Both the position numbers and the translations under genes were made by a program. This document shows positions 1 to 13,290 of a stretch of 58,288 bases of DNA, piece by piece. The DNA is from Chiloscyllium plagiosum (lineage: Eukaryota). The DNA is taken from contig NC_057737.1 in the NCBI RefSeq assembly GCF_004010195.1, positions 24,403,707-24,461,994 of the forward strand, in the 5' to 3' direction. Below the pieces are notes generated by a model. The model made no database searches. It worked only from the letters and a program-made list of their open reading frames with translations, and had not been told where the DNA came from. Within the stretch, counting starts at the first letter, position 1. Every line of letters starts with the position of its first letter.

Positions 1-19
1 TTTTTAATTTTGATGTGTA

Positions 20-1350
20 TTTCTTCATTCACAGGACGTTGGTGAGCATCGATTGCCCTTGAGAAGGTGGTGTTAATCCATCTTCTTGAACTGCTGAAGT
101 CCCTGTGGTTTAGGTACTTGGCACACAGTGGTACTTGGCAAGTCATTCCATGGTTTTGATTCAGTAACAATGAAGGACTGATGATATAGATCCGAGTCGG
201 AATAATGACTTAGAGGTGAACCTATAGTGGTATTCCTGTGAATCTGCTGACCTTGTTCTTCAAGGTGGTGGAGGATAGAAGTTTATAAGATGTTTTCGAA
301 GAACCTCACTAAGTTGTTGAATGCATTTTTTACATGGTACAGTCTGGTGGTGGAGTGAATATTTAAGTTGGTGGCTATGCCAATTAAATAGGCTATTTGG
401 CTCCAGATTATGGGCTGGACTATTCTTAGAGCTGCACAAATCCAGCACATCATAATCTTGACTTGTATCTTGTAGCTGGCAGAAAGGTTTTGGAACTTAG
501 GAGATGAATCACTCACAAGCAGAACACTCACCTCTTGTAAGCATAGTATTTTTTTTGGTTGGGCCAATTAAGTTTTTGGTCAATGGTGATTTCTAGGAAG
601 TTGATGGTGCAAGATTCAATGATGATAATGTGTTTCACAATCAAAAGGAGGTAGTTTGAATTTCCTGTCAATTTTTTTAAAAGGTGAAGTTAACTAATAT
701 TAATTGTCACTTATCAGTCCAAGACTGAATGTTGTTCAGGCTTTGCTGCACATGGCATTGATATTTAAATAACTGAGAGGTTTCAATCAAACTTGACTCT
801 GAGTAGCAAAGTGAATATCCACACTTCTGACCTTATGTTGGACGGAAAGTTATTGATGAAGCTGTTGAAGATATTCAGGTCGAGGACACTGTCTTGAAGA
901 AGTAATGACAGTAATGTCTAGGAACTAAGATGTTTGACCTTCAACAAACACAGCGATTTTCTTTTTTGACTGGGTAAGACATCATTCATTGAAGAGTTTA
1001 CCCTGAATCTCACTGACTTCAATATTATACTGACACATGGTTGAAAGTTGCCTTGATGTCAATCAGTCACTCACACCTTATCTCTGGTATTAAGTTGTTG
1101 TGTCCCTGTTTGAATCTAGGCTTTATGGAGAAAAGAGCTGATTGATTTTGGAGAACAGAGCAGACTATCAATGTGTAAGTGAATTTTGACAGCATCTTTG
1201 ATGACACTTTCTACCATTTTTCTGATGACTGGGAGTTGAATTATGGGATAGTAATTAACTGGATTGGATTTGTCCTGCTTGTTGTGGAGAGGAGGACATT
1301 CCTATCAGATTGATACCAGTTTTGTAGCTGTAATGGAAATGCTTGGCTCT
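20..1350 (-). mobile_element. Degenerate L2/CR1-superfamily LINE 3' part
   Basis: Minus ORF 283-567 resembles the RT C-terminus (…YKIQVKIMM…LIGIATNLNIHS). Same family as 36375-37290. Confidence 0.6.
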
Positions 1351-1744
1351 GCATTAAAGTTAAATGCTACATTTGCATTTCAATTTATACTCAAATTTAA
1401 AATAATCTTTGTGTCTCTGCTCATTCTTTTTCCCAAAAAGGCAGATTTGTTAATTTCTTATAACTTAACACTCTATGTTTCTTTCTCATGACATACTCCA
1501 CAATGCATATTTTGAACTTAATAGAGATGTGATAAACATGTATGCTTTATTTCAACTTCTCTCCCGTAGACATTCTTTATTGTATTTCTTTCTTTCTTGT
1601 GTGTACCCTACCGATGCAATCGGTCAATAAAGATTTGTATCAGAAAACATAATTTGTTATTTCCACAATGTTATATCGTAAATGTTATGTTTATTGGTAA
1701 TGGAATATTGTGTCAACAGGACATGAAAAGCACAATTAAACATA

Positions 1745-2960
1745 AGAACAAAAAGTGCTTGAAAAACTTAGGAATCTGGCAGCATCTATGGAGACAGAAA
1801 CATTGTTAATATTTTGAGATCAATGACTTCTTCAGAACTGAAAGGGGTTGGAAAAATAGTACTTTTATGCTGTTCTCAAAGTGGGAGGATTGAGAGGAAC
1901 AAATAGCAAAGTAAGTGCTAATGGTGATTAAAAAAAAGCTATCTAGATGCAAAATATGTCTTAATAATAGATGTAAGAGATCAAAAATAGGTTGGCTTTG
2001 TTTAGAGTACATGTATCCAAAACAACATATTGAAGTCAGGGAGTGTAATCAAAATGGAGGACTGTGTTGATGCTCTGAAATTGTTGACTTTAATATAGAC
2101 CCCTGAAACATTGTAAAATGCCTGAGCACAAAAATGAGTTTCTGTTCCTCCAGCTTGAGTTGGGCTTCACTGGAAATAAGAGATTGACTGTTAATCAAAT
2201 GCAGGCAGCTTGGAGGTTGGGGGTCATTCTTACACAGAGACCGGAGTGTTCCACAAAGCAGTCACCCAGTCTGCATCTAGTCTTGCCAATGTAGAGGAGA
2301 TGGCATTGCGAGCAATGAATACAATAGACTAGATTGAAAGAATTGCAAATAAATTGTCTCCTCACCTGGAAGGTGTGTTTAAGGCCTTGGACTGTGGGGT
2401 GTGTGGTTGTCTTAGAAGTAATAGAGGGGTGGACAAGAGTGTCATGGTGAAAACAGTTGTTTAGAATGCTGGTGGGCTTGTAATATCTGTCTGGTGGTGG
2501 CATCCTAATGGAGCTGGCAGAAGTGACAGAGGATGATCTTTTAAGTGAGGAAACTGATGATGTGGTAAGAGAGGATGAGGGAAACCATTTTATTGTTCTG
2601 GATGGAAGGGATTGGGGGTAAAGGAAGAAGAGCTTAAAATGGGTCAGACATGGCTGCAGGTATGGTCAACAATGGGTGGATGGAATGTCCTCAGTTCAGG
2701 GCAATTATAGGACAATTTGACAGAGGCACACTATAGAGGGTGGCATTGACAATGGAATACTATTTTGCTTCTAATTAGTTTACTATAACTTGCATGTGGT
2801 CTTCTTCTTCCTTTGTCAATAGTGTAATAACTGTCATTTTCCAGCCCTGCTCAGGAGAATCATTGGACTCAAAATGTCAACACTGTTTTTCTCATCATAA
2901 GGCCTTGCTAAAACTATTGAGTTTCGGCAGAACTTTCTTCTTATTTCAGCATATGATTAT
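1745..2960 (-). mobile_element. Old Penelope-like element (GIY-YIG region) with terminal repeat pieces
   Basis: Minus ORF 2195-2503 NLVYCIHCSQCHLLYIGKTRCRLGDCFVEH is a PLE GIY-YIG endonuclease. pLTR-like sequence at about 1750-1850 and an inverted copy at about 2850-2960. Confidence 0.75.
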
Positions 2961-3557
2961 TTTGCTTTTATTACAATTAAAAATAATCTTTTTATGTTCC
3001 AGTGGGTAGAAGGTTCATTACTCTGCTTACTTTTAAGGCGTATCAGGTTTGTAAACATTTGCTGATAATGACTCATAGTTTGACGTGTCTCAGTCCAATT
3101 TTGAAGCCTGCCAATATCACCCCATTAGACTATAATGTACAGTCCAGATTACACATTTATATTTTCTATTATGTATTAAAAATGCACCTGTTTGCACTTT
3201 TAATTGTATAACACTTCTTACAATGTCATTGTTTCCCTATATATTTTCATTATCATTCCTTTGCCATCATTCTGCATTTATGGGGTCAATGTAAAATAGC
3301 AGAAAATCAAACTGAGGATACATTATGTAAAGTGAAAAATGTGACTAGAATAGTTTAAATGAAAAAAGACTAAAGACAAATGAAATCAACCAATCCTGAA
3401 TGACCAGTCAGGAAGACTGAATAAAAATAAATATAAATAAACTAGTTAAATCCTCAAAACAATTATCTGCAATACTTCATTTCTCAATAATTTAAATTAA
3501 CATTGGTCAAGATAATGTTTGTAATATTAATAAAGGAAATAAATAAATACTTCAACT

Positions 3558-4335
3558 TAGATAGGACAGTGAACAAGGCATTTGGTATGATTTCTTTTAT
3601 TGGTCAGAGTATTGAGTATAGAGGTTGGGAGGTCATGTTGTGGCTGTACAGGAAATTGGCTAGGCCACTTTTGGAATATTGTGTGCAGTTCTGGTCTCCC
3701 TCCTATCGGAAGGATACTGTAAAACTTGAAAGGGTTCAGAAAAAAATCTACAAGGATGTTGCTAGGGTTGGAGGGTTTGAGCTACAGGGAGAGGCTGAAT
3801 AGGATGGGACTGTTTTCTCTGGAGCGTTGGAGGCTGAGGGGTGACCTTATAGAGGTTAATAAAATCATGAGGGGCATGGATAGGGTAAATAGACAAGGTA
3901 TTTTCCCTAAGGTGGTCGAGTCCAGAATTAGAAGGCATAGGTTTAGGGTGAGAGAAGCAAGATTTAAAAGGGACCTAAGGGGCAGTTTTTTTATGCAGAG
4001 GGTAGTGCATGTATGGAATGAACTGCCAGAGGAAGTGGTGGAGGCTGAAGGACATAGGGCATAGGTTTAAGGTGAGAGGGGAAAGACATAAACAGGACCT
4101 CTGAGGCAACGTTTTCATGCAAAGGATGGAAGTGAGCTGCTATAGGAAGTGGTGGAGGCTGGTACAATTACAACATTTAAAAGGGATCTGGATGGGTATA
4201 TGAATAGGAAGGATTTAGAGGAATATGGACCAAGTGCTGGCAAATGGAACATTTAGGATATCTGGTCGTCATGGACAAGTTGGATCAACTGTTCTGTTTC
4301 CAGGCTGTACATCTCTATGACTCTTTGACTATGAC
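3558..4335 (+). mobile_element. CR1/HER1 LINE 3' fragment
   Basis: ORFs 3503/3726: [29 protein letters not shown]. Tail (CTATGACT)-like repeats; about 120-bp internal duplication near 3930-4160. Confidence 0.92.
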
Positions 4336-7300
4336 CACAAGTTGGAGTATGGAATTGATTTTTGTGTTATTTCCTGGCTTCAGCCTTTGTTTTAACCTGT
4401 TATGTAGATCTGATATTTTGTCCAGGAGTTTTAGATCAATTGACTGAAATAACTTATGTTGACTGATCGAACACACCTTTACTGATATGCATCCAAAGGA
4501 TTTAATTTGTAATATTTGATTGGCTGTTTTTCAAAGCAATTTGAAGTAAGACAAGAAGACAGCTGCCCCTAGCTTTATTCAGGTAATGCTTACGATGGCT
4601 GATTTTTAAAGGAAAGCACCATAAAGATAATTTTAACTGTCCATAGTTGTGCAAAATGGACAATATCAAATAGGTCTCTCATTATTGTCAAATTATTCAA
4701 AGAAAGTCTGGAGAAGTGATTTTAATTTTAATGCTATAGACAATGACAAACAAACTCAGGAGGATTTGAATCAGGAATTGTGGGAAAGCAGTTGGATGAT
4801 CATGATGTATTCAATGATTTTAGGGAAGAAAGGGATGCCAAAGAAAGGTAAGCAAATAGAATCAAAATAGGAAAGGTATGTTGAAATGAAGCATTTCTAT
4901 TAAATAAGCTGACTCTTTGATTTAGTTAATTTAACTGATCAATCTAACAATTCAGAAAATTGCATTGCAGCCACCATGTGGACTTACCTTCCACATACTA
5001 AATTTATAATACATTTAATAAAAGGTGTATACTATATTTCATTATTATTGGGATTTGGAGTTTTAAATAGAACATATGAATGTTGGTCAGATCTGTGAGG
5101 GACTGTTTTCAAAATGTGAGAAAATTATTTGGAACAGTGACCTGAATACATTGTTTCCAAGACGGTATGTAACTTAAGTGCCTGACCAGATAATGGGTGA
5201 AATGTTTATACTGCTGGGCCTATGACAGGCAGAGAAAACAGACTAGAGGTACTCGTTTATTTTTGACTTTAGAGCAGAGGTTTCAAGATTTCTGTTCAGG
5301 GGGATCAGTCACACTGTTAGAAGTGTCTTATTCCATAAAACATCCAGGTTGTGCCTCAGCTGTCCAAACTGAAGAGATTTAGTCAATCAATATTGAGAAA
5401 GATTCCTGCCAACGGACATGGAAAAACGTCATAAACCTTTCTCAGCATTCCACGGAGGAGGTCTGAAAAGATTGTTAAGTAAGATTTTAAATTATTGTAG
5501 CTGTGATATTTCATTGAGATTAGATATCTTAAAAAGATAATTTTGGGAAGGAGTTTATGTTAAGAGATTTCTAAACTTTTACATATTTTTGGACTTTTTT
5601 TCTTCTTTGTGTAATAAACTCATGTTCTGTTTTCAAAGGGCATCTATGGTCTCATGTGAATATGTTTCAGTGACTAATCACTATAGTAACCACCTGGAAA
5701 AAAATTAAATATAAGATCTGTTGAGCCAGGTTTTATTTTAAGATCTATCAGCTGGGATCATACCAGATCAAAATAAATGTCACAATAGCATTGTTATTAT
5801 ACAGCTGAATGATACAGCTGAAATTAACCTCCTGTTAAATTATTAAATATCAAAACTTATAAATTCTTACTTTTGCTGTGCTGAAATATTGTCCAGAGAC
5901 TGTGGGCTTTGGCAACTTTTATGGTGCTCAAGCTGGTTTAACAGATTGGAGCAATGAAACGAGGTCTTGCCAAAGGAACATTGAGACTAGAAATGTCGGA
6001 TTAAAAACAAAATCAGAAAGGTTAGCTTTTTCTTTGATCAGTATATACAGTTATATATATATCTACATAACTGTAACATATAGATGGATGCAAGGAGATA
6101 GTGAAATTGCCTTCAATAATTTTAATGCCCAAAAGGACTGTTGTGGGAGGGACTCAGGTATTTTTAATCTTCACCACTTAGCTAATGACACTGGCAAAAT
6201 GAATTGGCCACCTCTTGTATAAACCAATAGGTGAAAAATTGAGTGAATTCTATGATGAGGAGGAACCTACACCAACAAATTAGCACTCAGGTAATGATGA
6301 GAAAGGTGACCACCACCCCTCCGTCCACTCCAAACCACACTCCAGCTGGGACAGCAGACGATTCTTTGAGCTTTAGCAGCTCCAATGCTGGATTTCCAGA
6401 CATTACAGTTTGTAATAAAAGTGACTGGCAAGGTCTTGTTTGTACATGAGGTGGGGAAATGGAGTGCATCCTGCTGTAATTGTAAATAGGATATGAATGA
6501 AAAAGCTTAAAGTGTACAACAAGACATATTCTCTGGTAAAACTCACAATTCAAATGGTTTTGTGTTGAAAAAGTTTTATTAAAAGAAACTTTATTTACAG
6601 GAAACATTTGCCTCTTAATGAATGGTGATTCCAGTATCTGCAGTGTTTTTGTCTTTATCAAGTCAATAGTGATCTTTAGCTTGGGTTCATAAAGTATTCA
6701 TAGGTTGTATTATTTCTTTGGGTTTATTTCATTTGGTTTTCAAGGTTTTCAAGTTGCAGTATTTCTTTCGAACCTGAAACCAAGAAACCCTCTTGTAAAT
6801 GAGCTCTATCTCTCCAATGAACTAACATGCCAATTTATACGCCCAATATCTGGGAAAGTAAAGCTGACAGAACACACTTGCTATTATATCTTACTCCCTG
6901 GCAATGATCTAGGGTATTGGTAGATTAAGCATTCCATTAGGCCATGTAACTTAGATGATAGTTTACAAATTAGATTTATTGAATGGTGAAACTTAAATGG
7001 AAGAAAGAAGTTGTAACAGGTGTGATTAATTTACACTATTAAAAGAAAACCTCAGTTCTTGGTTGTATACCAAAAAAGACTCATCTCTAACTCCCCTAGA
7101 ATAAATTGCAGTAACACCTGTAATACAACATAGCTACATGATGTTGAAATCCTCAAAGAGCTTTCATGTATCACATCTTCAGTCAGTCGAACTGAGAAGA
7201 CAATCTCCTTCCAATTAGGAATTGGAATTTTTCTTGCCTAATGAAACAGTGTTGAAGCTGGAATGGGTCTTTGACTTGCCTATTTGACACCACCAGACAG

Positions 7301-7509
7301 CAATGTTTTTTTTTCCAGGCAATATCCTTCACTTGATATACAAGTGAGTTTTTCAATGATGCTCCATCATTTAGGGAGGAAGGCTGATGTAGTTTCAGGA
7401 AGGCATTCATAATATTTCCAGGTCTATATGCATTTTGAATCAAAGAAGGTGCACGAAGCAACAACAACATCTACAGCTTGACACAAGATATCCCATACTC
7501 AACCTGTCA

Positions 7510-7642
7510 GATGTTTTTACACAGTAGTGGAGCAGGGGGGACTATTCAGAGATGTTATTACACATCTCTGGAACAAATGGGACATGACCCCAGGCCTTCT
7601 GGCACAGAGGTAGGGCACTGTCATTGTAACACAAGATCCCCT
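7510..7642 (-). mobile_element. Short tRNA-derived SINE relic
   Basis: Reverse complement begins gggatcttgtgttacaatgacagtgccctacctctgtgccagaaggcctgggg (A/B-box-like head). A related + copy lies at about 52718-52800. Confidence 0.45.
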
Positions 7643-8079
7643 CAGCAACATTGAGAGAATGAATTGATACACAGCCCGCACCTGAACACATTATTAGTAT
7701 GGAATGGTAAATACCTGGGTGAAATTATGTTGTGCCACTTGGATGCTTTGCTCAATTTTTATATTTATCACAGAGTAAAATATTGCTTATGATCAGCAGT
7801 GAAACAGTTCCATAAGGCAAGGAAAACCTACCATTTGACCAATCAATCTGCAATGAGATAGATCTCATTAAACTCATCAGAAGGCATGAGATGGAGAAAA
7901 AATGAGGCATATTTACATTAAAATGCGCTGTTACAGTCTTCAAATATCCCATTTAATTGGAAGACCTTCTGCTAAAGTTACATGTGATAATCTACACTTT
8001 CAACTATCCCATCTGGATGTTCAGCCTGAAGCTTAACCATGAGATGCCTGGCACATTCAGTTAGACTACTTCTACACAA

Positions 8080-8315
8080 TCTAGATTAGAGTGGTGCTGG
8101 AAAAGCACAGCAGGTCAGGTAGCATCCAAGGAGCAGGAAAATCGACATTTCAGGCAAAAGCCCTCCATCAGGATGAAGGGTTTTCCTGATGAAGGACTTT
8201 TGCCCGAAATGTCGATTTTCCTGCTCCTCGGATACTGTCTGACCTGCTGTGCTTTTCCAGCACCACTCTAATCTAGACTCTGATCTCCAGCATATGCAGT
8301 CCTCACTTTCGCCTA
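8080..8315. mobile_element. Palindromic Penelope terminal-repeat (pLTR) derivative with hammerhead motif
   Basis: Inverted arms of about 93 nt (8080-8277). Sequence matches the PLE termini at 35605-35725 and 40383-40512. CTGATGA...GAAA core at 8186-8209. Confidence 0.8.
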
Positions 8316-8929
8316 CTTTTACACAATCTTTATTGAAACACATTTCCTCACGTTTGCCAGAACTCAAAGCCAGAAAACAGTGGCTGCTCATTGAGATCTC
8401 CATGGTCTCTCCTCAAAGTGTGTGAAGGTTTCAGATTATACATTAGTTTGTCATTTTGTGCACATTGTGTGCCAAGTTGTGTGACATGGGAAACAGATAT
8501 GGTGGCATCACCCTGCTAATGAGAAGAAGATTGTTTTAGGGCTGTGCTTAAATGTAATTGCTGAAAATGAGGTGGATACTCATACTGTAGCATCCCAAAT
8601 TCATGCCCACCTTCAACAAAGCACTTGTGATGAGGAAATTACCTCTACTTTTAGTGTGAGGGATTTTCTGACACGAAGGATGAAACAGAATTGTAGCTGG
8701 TGTATTATTTTGCCTCCCTTGTTGAAGTCATTAAACTTTTTGACATGGTGCTAACATGATTTTCTTTTAATTTGCCAGGCAAGTCAGTTTACTGAACAAA
8801 TATACAAGTCTCTATATCAAAATAAATATGTTTCATTTAAGACTTAGACACATACTTGAGGATTCGAAAAGTGTGGTGTTGGAAAAGTACAGCCAGTCAT
8901 ACAGCATCTGAGGATTCTTACCTGTAGCA

Positions 8930-10908
8930 CTATATCTAAAATGCAGCTGTGAATCTGGTCAAGTGCTGTCAGTCTGGAGCTGCCCTGAACAGTTCCTTCA
9001 TCTGAAGAATTGCCCCAGAGATGATGGATAAGTTGTCAGCCCGAAATGCCTACATGGACTTTGAGGTGCCAGTGGAAGGAGTAGTGCAGAGGAAGCCTAT
9101 CCTCTTCCTTTTGGAGGGGCAAAGGAGATTATGCCACCAGACCCTACCAGCTTGGTCTGAAGTTGCCAACAGTATTACTGTTGTGTATGTGGAGTAGAGG
9201 GACACTTTTCAATAGCCAAGTAGGTCAATGACAATCTGTGCTGCATGAGAATAAGTGCCACACCCTTCTCTCAGCTACTTCATAAATACTCTGCCTCTTC
9301 GACTGCACTTACCTCCCACTGAGTGCTGGGGACTGGGCACCTCCTCAGCACAGGCAGGAGAAGACCCATGATACTGGGAATTAACTTCAAATAAAAGGAG
9401 AAAGTGAGGGCTGCAGATGCTGGAGATCAGATTCCTGATGAAGAGATTATGCTTGAAATGTTGACTCTCCTGTAACTCAGATGCTGCCTGACCAGCTGTA
9501 CATTTCCAGCACCACACGTCTTGACAACTTTAAACAAAAGCACTTGCAGACACAGGAGTAACATGGAAGCTTTGCACAGAGGCACTGGGCAAACTGACTC
9601 AGAGGGTGTTTGGACTGTGCTGTCTCTAACATGTGGCCATCTGGCTGCCTCCATGGACAGGATGTAAAGCCAAATCCAGCACACATCGTGTCTACTGGAT
9701 AAATGCTCAGACATACATTCCATTGATTTAAGCCATTGCGGGTCAGCACCAAAGATAGGGAGAACGAGGAACCTTAATCTTCCTGCAGGTGCCCCTTCCT
9801 TACAAGAAGATAGGACAGTCCCAGTAGGCCCCAATCTAGAGGAGGCATCATATACATGTGCCCCAGAAGTCTCATCTCAGGATGCTGAGGTGGTTGAGCC
9901 TTCCAGCTTCACTCTTTCTACCATCCTCAGGCAAATTGAAGCTGAGGAGGATGCACCTACCAGTCTCACCTCACCAAAGCCCTCAAGGCTAACAGTCTCC
10001 TTTGTAGGCATGGGGATCTCGAGGGATAATCGTGGTCTAATTTCCAGACTGTTTGGATATGGAACCCCTGACCTTGACCAAACCAGTAGTCAACTGACCA
10101 TGTCTATGCCCCTGGAGTGGCAGTGAATGCTGCTCTCGACTTACTGTGCTGAGACTCCCTTGACTGAGGACTGCTGACAACCATGACAAGCTGCCTGGCT
10201 TTTTGTCTACACTAAATGCAAGGCAAGATAGTAGGACTGTGAGCCTTTAAGCTTTGGCTGAAGGGGCAAGGCAGATATACCATGAGCATTGAAGTTGGGG
10301 CAAACTGGTAAGAGAACTAGCAAGGAATCCTGACATGCAGCATGAGTTGAGTGCTCATCCTTATGTGCAAAGCATTATAATGAAAGATGCTGGTGTGCTC
10401 TAAAATTAGCATTGAAGCACAGAACCATTGTATAAGTAGATCAGAGGTGGTCCCTAAGGGTGCAGTAAGGCTGGCATGTGTCTGATGCCAATGTCTGTGG
10501 ATGGTGGGCATGGGCATTCGCTGCCCATGAGATGTGCCCTGGGATGTTGGTGACTGCTATCTAAAATGGAGGCCCAGGGGATCAACTGGCGAGCTGTAGT
10601 CGACAGGTGCCTCCTTGTCTTTAATGTCAGGAATTGTTGCCATCTAGTTTCTAATGAGTGGATGGCAGAACAGAAAATTACATATCAACAAGGTGACATT
10701 TCGAATAGTGATAAACCAATACATACAAACAGACGTAAATAGGCCTCTCGTAGCTCACTAGCATCATTACCATCTCACCTTTCAAAACTTAATTGGAAAA
10801 TTGGGCTTTTTGCTCATAATAGCGAGCATCTCATTTTTGCTGATCCCACACTAATTTCTCAACTGACTCGTCAATGCCCATGCATTCAGGGGATGGGAAG
10901 GTTCTGCT
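8930..10908 (+). mobile_element. Degenerate PIF/Harbinger-type DNA transposon with Myb/SANT-like ORF relic
   Basis: 9021-9197 translates MMDKLSARNAYMDFEVPVEGVVQRKPILFLLEGQRRLCHQTLPAWSEVANSITVV, typical of Harbinger Myb/SANT-like proteins. The right end (10300-10900) resembles 32950-33560 and 49300-49852. Nested PLE fragment at 9395-9520. Confidence 0.6.
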
Positions 10909-11007
10909 AATATTTTCTCTTCAAGCTCAAAACTGAGAAAATAAAAATAGATCCTTTGCAATGTTATGAATATAAATTATAGGAAGGGAAGAGAGAAAGA
11001 TGTGTTT

Positions 11008-11928
11008 GTCATTTACATAAATTATTTGGATGAGACTATAAAAGGCATGTTAGTAAGTTTGTGGACGACATCAAATTTGGTGGCATAGTGGACAGTGAAG
11101 AAGGTTTTCTAAGATTACAAAGGGATCTTGATCAAATGGGTTAATGGGCTGAAAAATGGCAGATGGAGTTCAATCTGGATAAATGTAAGGTATTGCATTT
11201 GAATACAACAAACAAGGTTAAGACTTATACAATTAATGGTATGGCCTTGGGTAGTGTTATGGAACAGAGGGACATAGGATTCAGGTATATAGTTCTTTGA
11301 AGTTTGCCTCACATAAAGATAGGGTGGTTAAAAAGTTGTTTAGCACACTTGCCTTCTCTGCTGACTCCTTTGCATATAGGAGTTGGAAAGTCATGTTGAG
11401 GTTGTACAGGACATTGGTGGGGCCTCTTCTGGAATACTGTGTCCAGTTCTAGTGGCCAGTTGTAGAAAGGATATTATCAAGCTGGAGAGGGTTCAGGAGA
11501 GATTTACCAGGATGTTGCCGGGTATGGAAGGTTGGATTGGCTGGGATTTTTTTCACTGGAGAATAGGAGGTGGAGAGATGACCTTACAGAAGTTTATAAA
11601 ATCATGAGGGATATAGATAAGGTTAATGGTAGGTGTCTTTTCCCTAGGATGGGGGCAATAGGAGAGAAATTTTAAAAAGATGCGAGGGACAATTTTTTTT
11701 ACATAGGGAATAGTTTGCATGTAGAATGAACTTCCTGAAGAAGTGGTGGGTGTGGGCGCAATTACAACGTTTAAGGGACATTTGGAGAAGGGCATGATTA
11801 GGAAAGCTTTGGAGGGATATGGGCACGGAGCAGGCAGGTAAGGGACTAGCTTAGTTTGGGATTACATTCAGCATGGACTGGTTGGACCGAAAGGTCAGTT
11901 TCCATGCTGTACGACTCTATGACTCGAT
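11008..11928 (+). mobile_element. CR1/HER1 LINE 3' fragment
   Basis: RT end (KFVDDIKFGGIVDSEEG…), [15 protein letters not shown], and the characteristic 3' tail gactctatgact. Confidence 0.92.
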
Positions 11929-12079
11929 GTTTCCATTAATGAATTAAATTAATGGAATTAATTAAAGATTATACAATCCTCAACATTTTTACTTGATTAT
12001 ACTGGGTATAAAAGGGCACCTAACTGAGGCAATTAAAAGATATCAGAAAAATAAAGGATTATGAGTCACTTTACTCCCT

Positions 12080-12500
12080 TCTGAACTCAACTTTGACTTT
12101 AACAATTTCAGACCATGACCATTGCTCTGATTTGTTCAGGCTGCAGATGCTGGTACCAGTTCTATTGTTGCCAATTATAGCTGCTTAATCTATCTTTTGT
12201 TTCCTTAGTTATTCCATTATCACTCACTTTGACCTTACACCATTATCTCTTTTCTTGTTTAGTCACTTCCCCTACCCATTCACAGAGCTCCCCTTTTATT
12301 TTTTCCTCTCCTTAATACCCTGTCTCTCTATCTCTCTCCCCATCGAGATTCATTTTATAACCAGCCACACCTCCAATTTTGTCAGCATGAAAAAAAAAGG
12401 CCATCCACCTGAAACATAACTGTGTTTCTCTTTTCACAGTTGCTGCCTGACCTTATTCATTTTGAGAAGCTGAGTGTGTCCAGCATTTTCTCTATTTGTT
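12080..12500 (+). mobile_element. Old Penelope-like 3' end relic
   Basis: Pyrimidine-rich UTR followed by gaaacataactgtgtttctc…tgctgcctgacc, similar to the other PLE termini. Confidence 0.45.
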
Positions 12501-12764
12501 GGTAGGATATATTGCCTTCATCCCCTTGTGATTTTGTTTATATTAGGAAACCTTTTCCTCTTTCTGATTCACCAGCTGTGCAGCATTTGCAGCATTCATA
12601 TTTTTGCTTTATGTCTAGAATGCTGATAGCTGTCCCTGCACATTAATTAGCATTTTAACCTACGCATCTAACATCTCCACAAGCATTACTGGCTTAATAA
12701 AAAAAAATCTAGCAATGTAAATGTGGCTACATTTGACACATTACTACAAATCTAAACAGGATTT

Positions 12765-13290
12765 AGAATTGTAGGATTTTGCAGCATAGAAGGAAACCAT
12801 TTGGCCAATTGCACCTGTGTGAGATAGCATCACAGAGATGGTCAGCATGGAAACAGACCCTTCAGTCCAACTTGTCCATGCTGACACGTGTATTCTAAAT
12901 TAATCTATTCACATTTGGCCCATATCCCTCTAAACCCTTCTCATTCATATACCCATCCAGATGCCTTTTAATTGTTGTAATTGTCTCAGTCTCCACCATT
13001 TACCTTTCCAATGTAGAACAATATTGCAGCTTTTCCTTCATGACTCTGCAAATTGTTTTTCCTCAAGTATATATCCAGTTGTCTTTAAAAGATCCCACAG
13101 AATCTGATTTCACCATCTGTTCAGGTATTGCCTACCAGATCTTAACAATAATTTGTGTAAAGAATGTTTCCATATTTCCCTGCAGGTTTTTTCCTGTAAC
13201 CTCCTGTCAGTGATTCCACTTGCAAGGAGAAATTATTTCTCCCTACTTTTGGAATCAAAATCCTGAATGCAACTATTAGAACAATCTCTG
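12765..13290 (-). mobile_element. Nested CR1 3' fragments (younger HER1 end 12827-13000 inside an older CR1 end)
   Basis: catggaaacagacccttcagtccaac…ggcccatatccctctaaaccc is the reverse complement of the HER1 tail. Confidence 0.7.

Noticed and set aside
6250-6450. C/D-box snoRNA (two ATGATGA boxes)
   Set aside because: No suitably placed CTGA D box or terminal stem, and no host intron identified.
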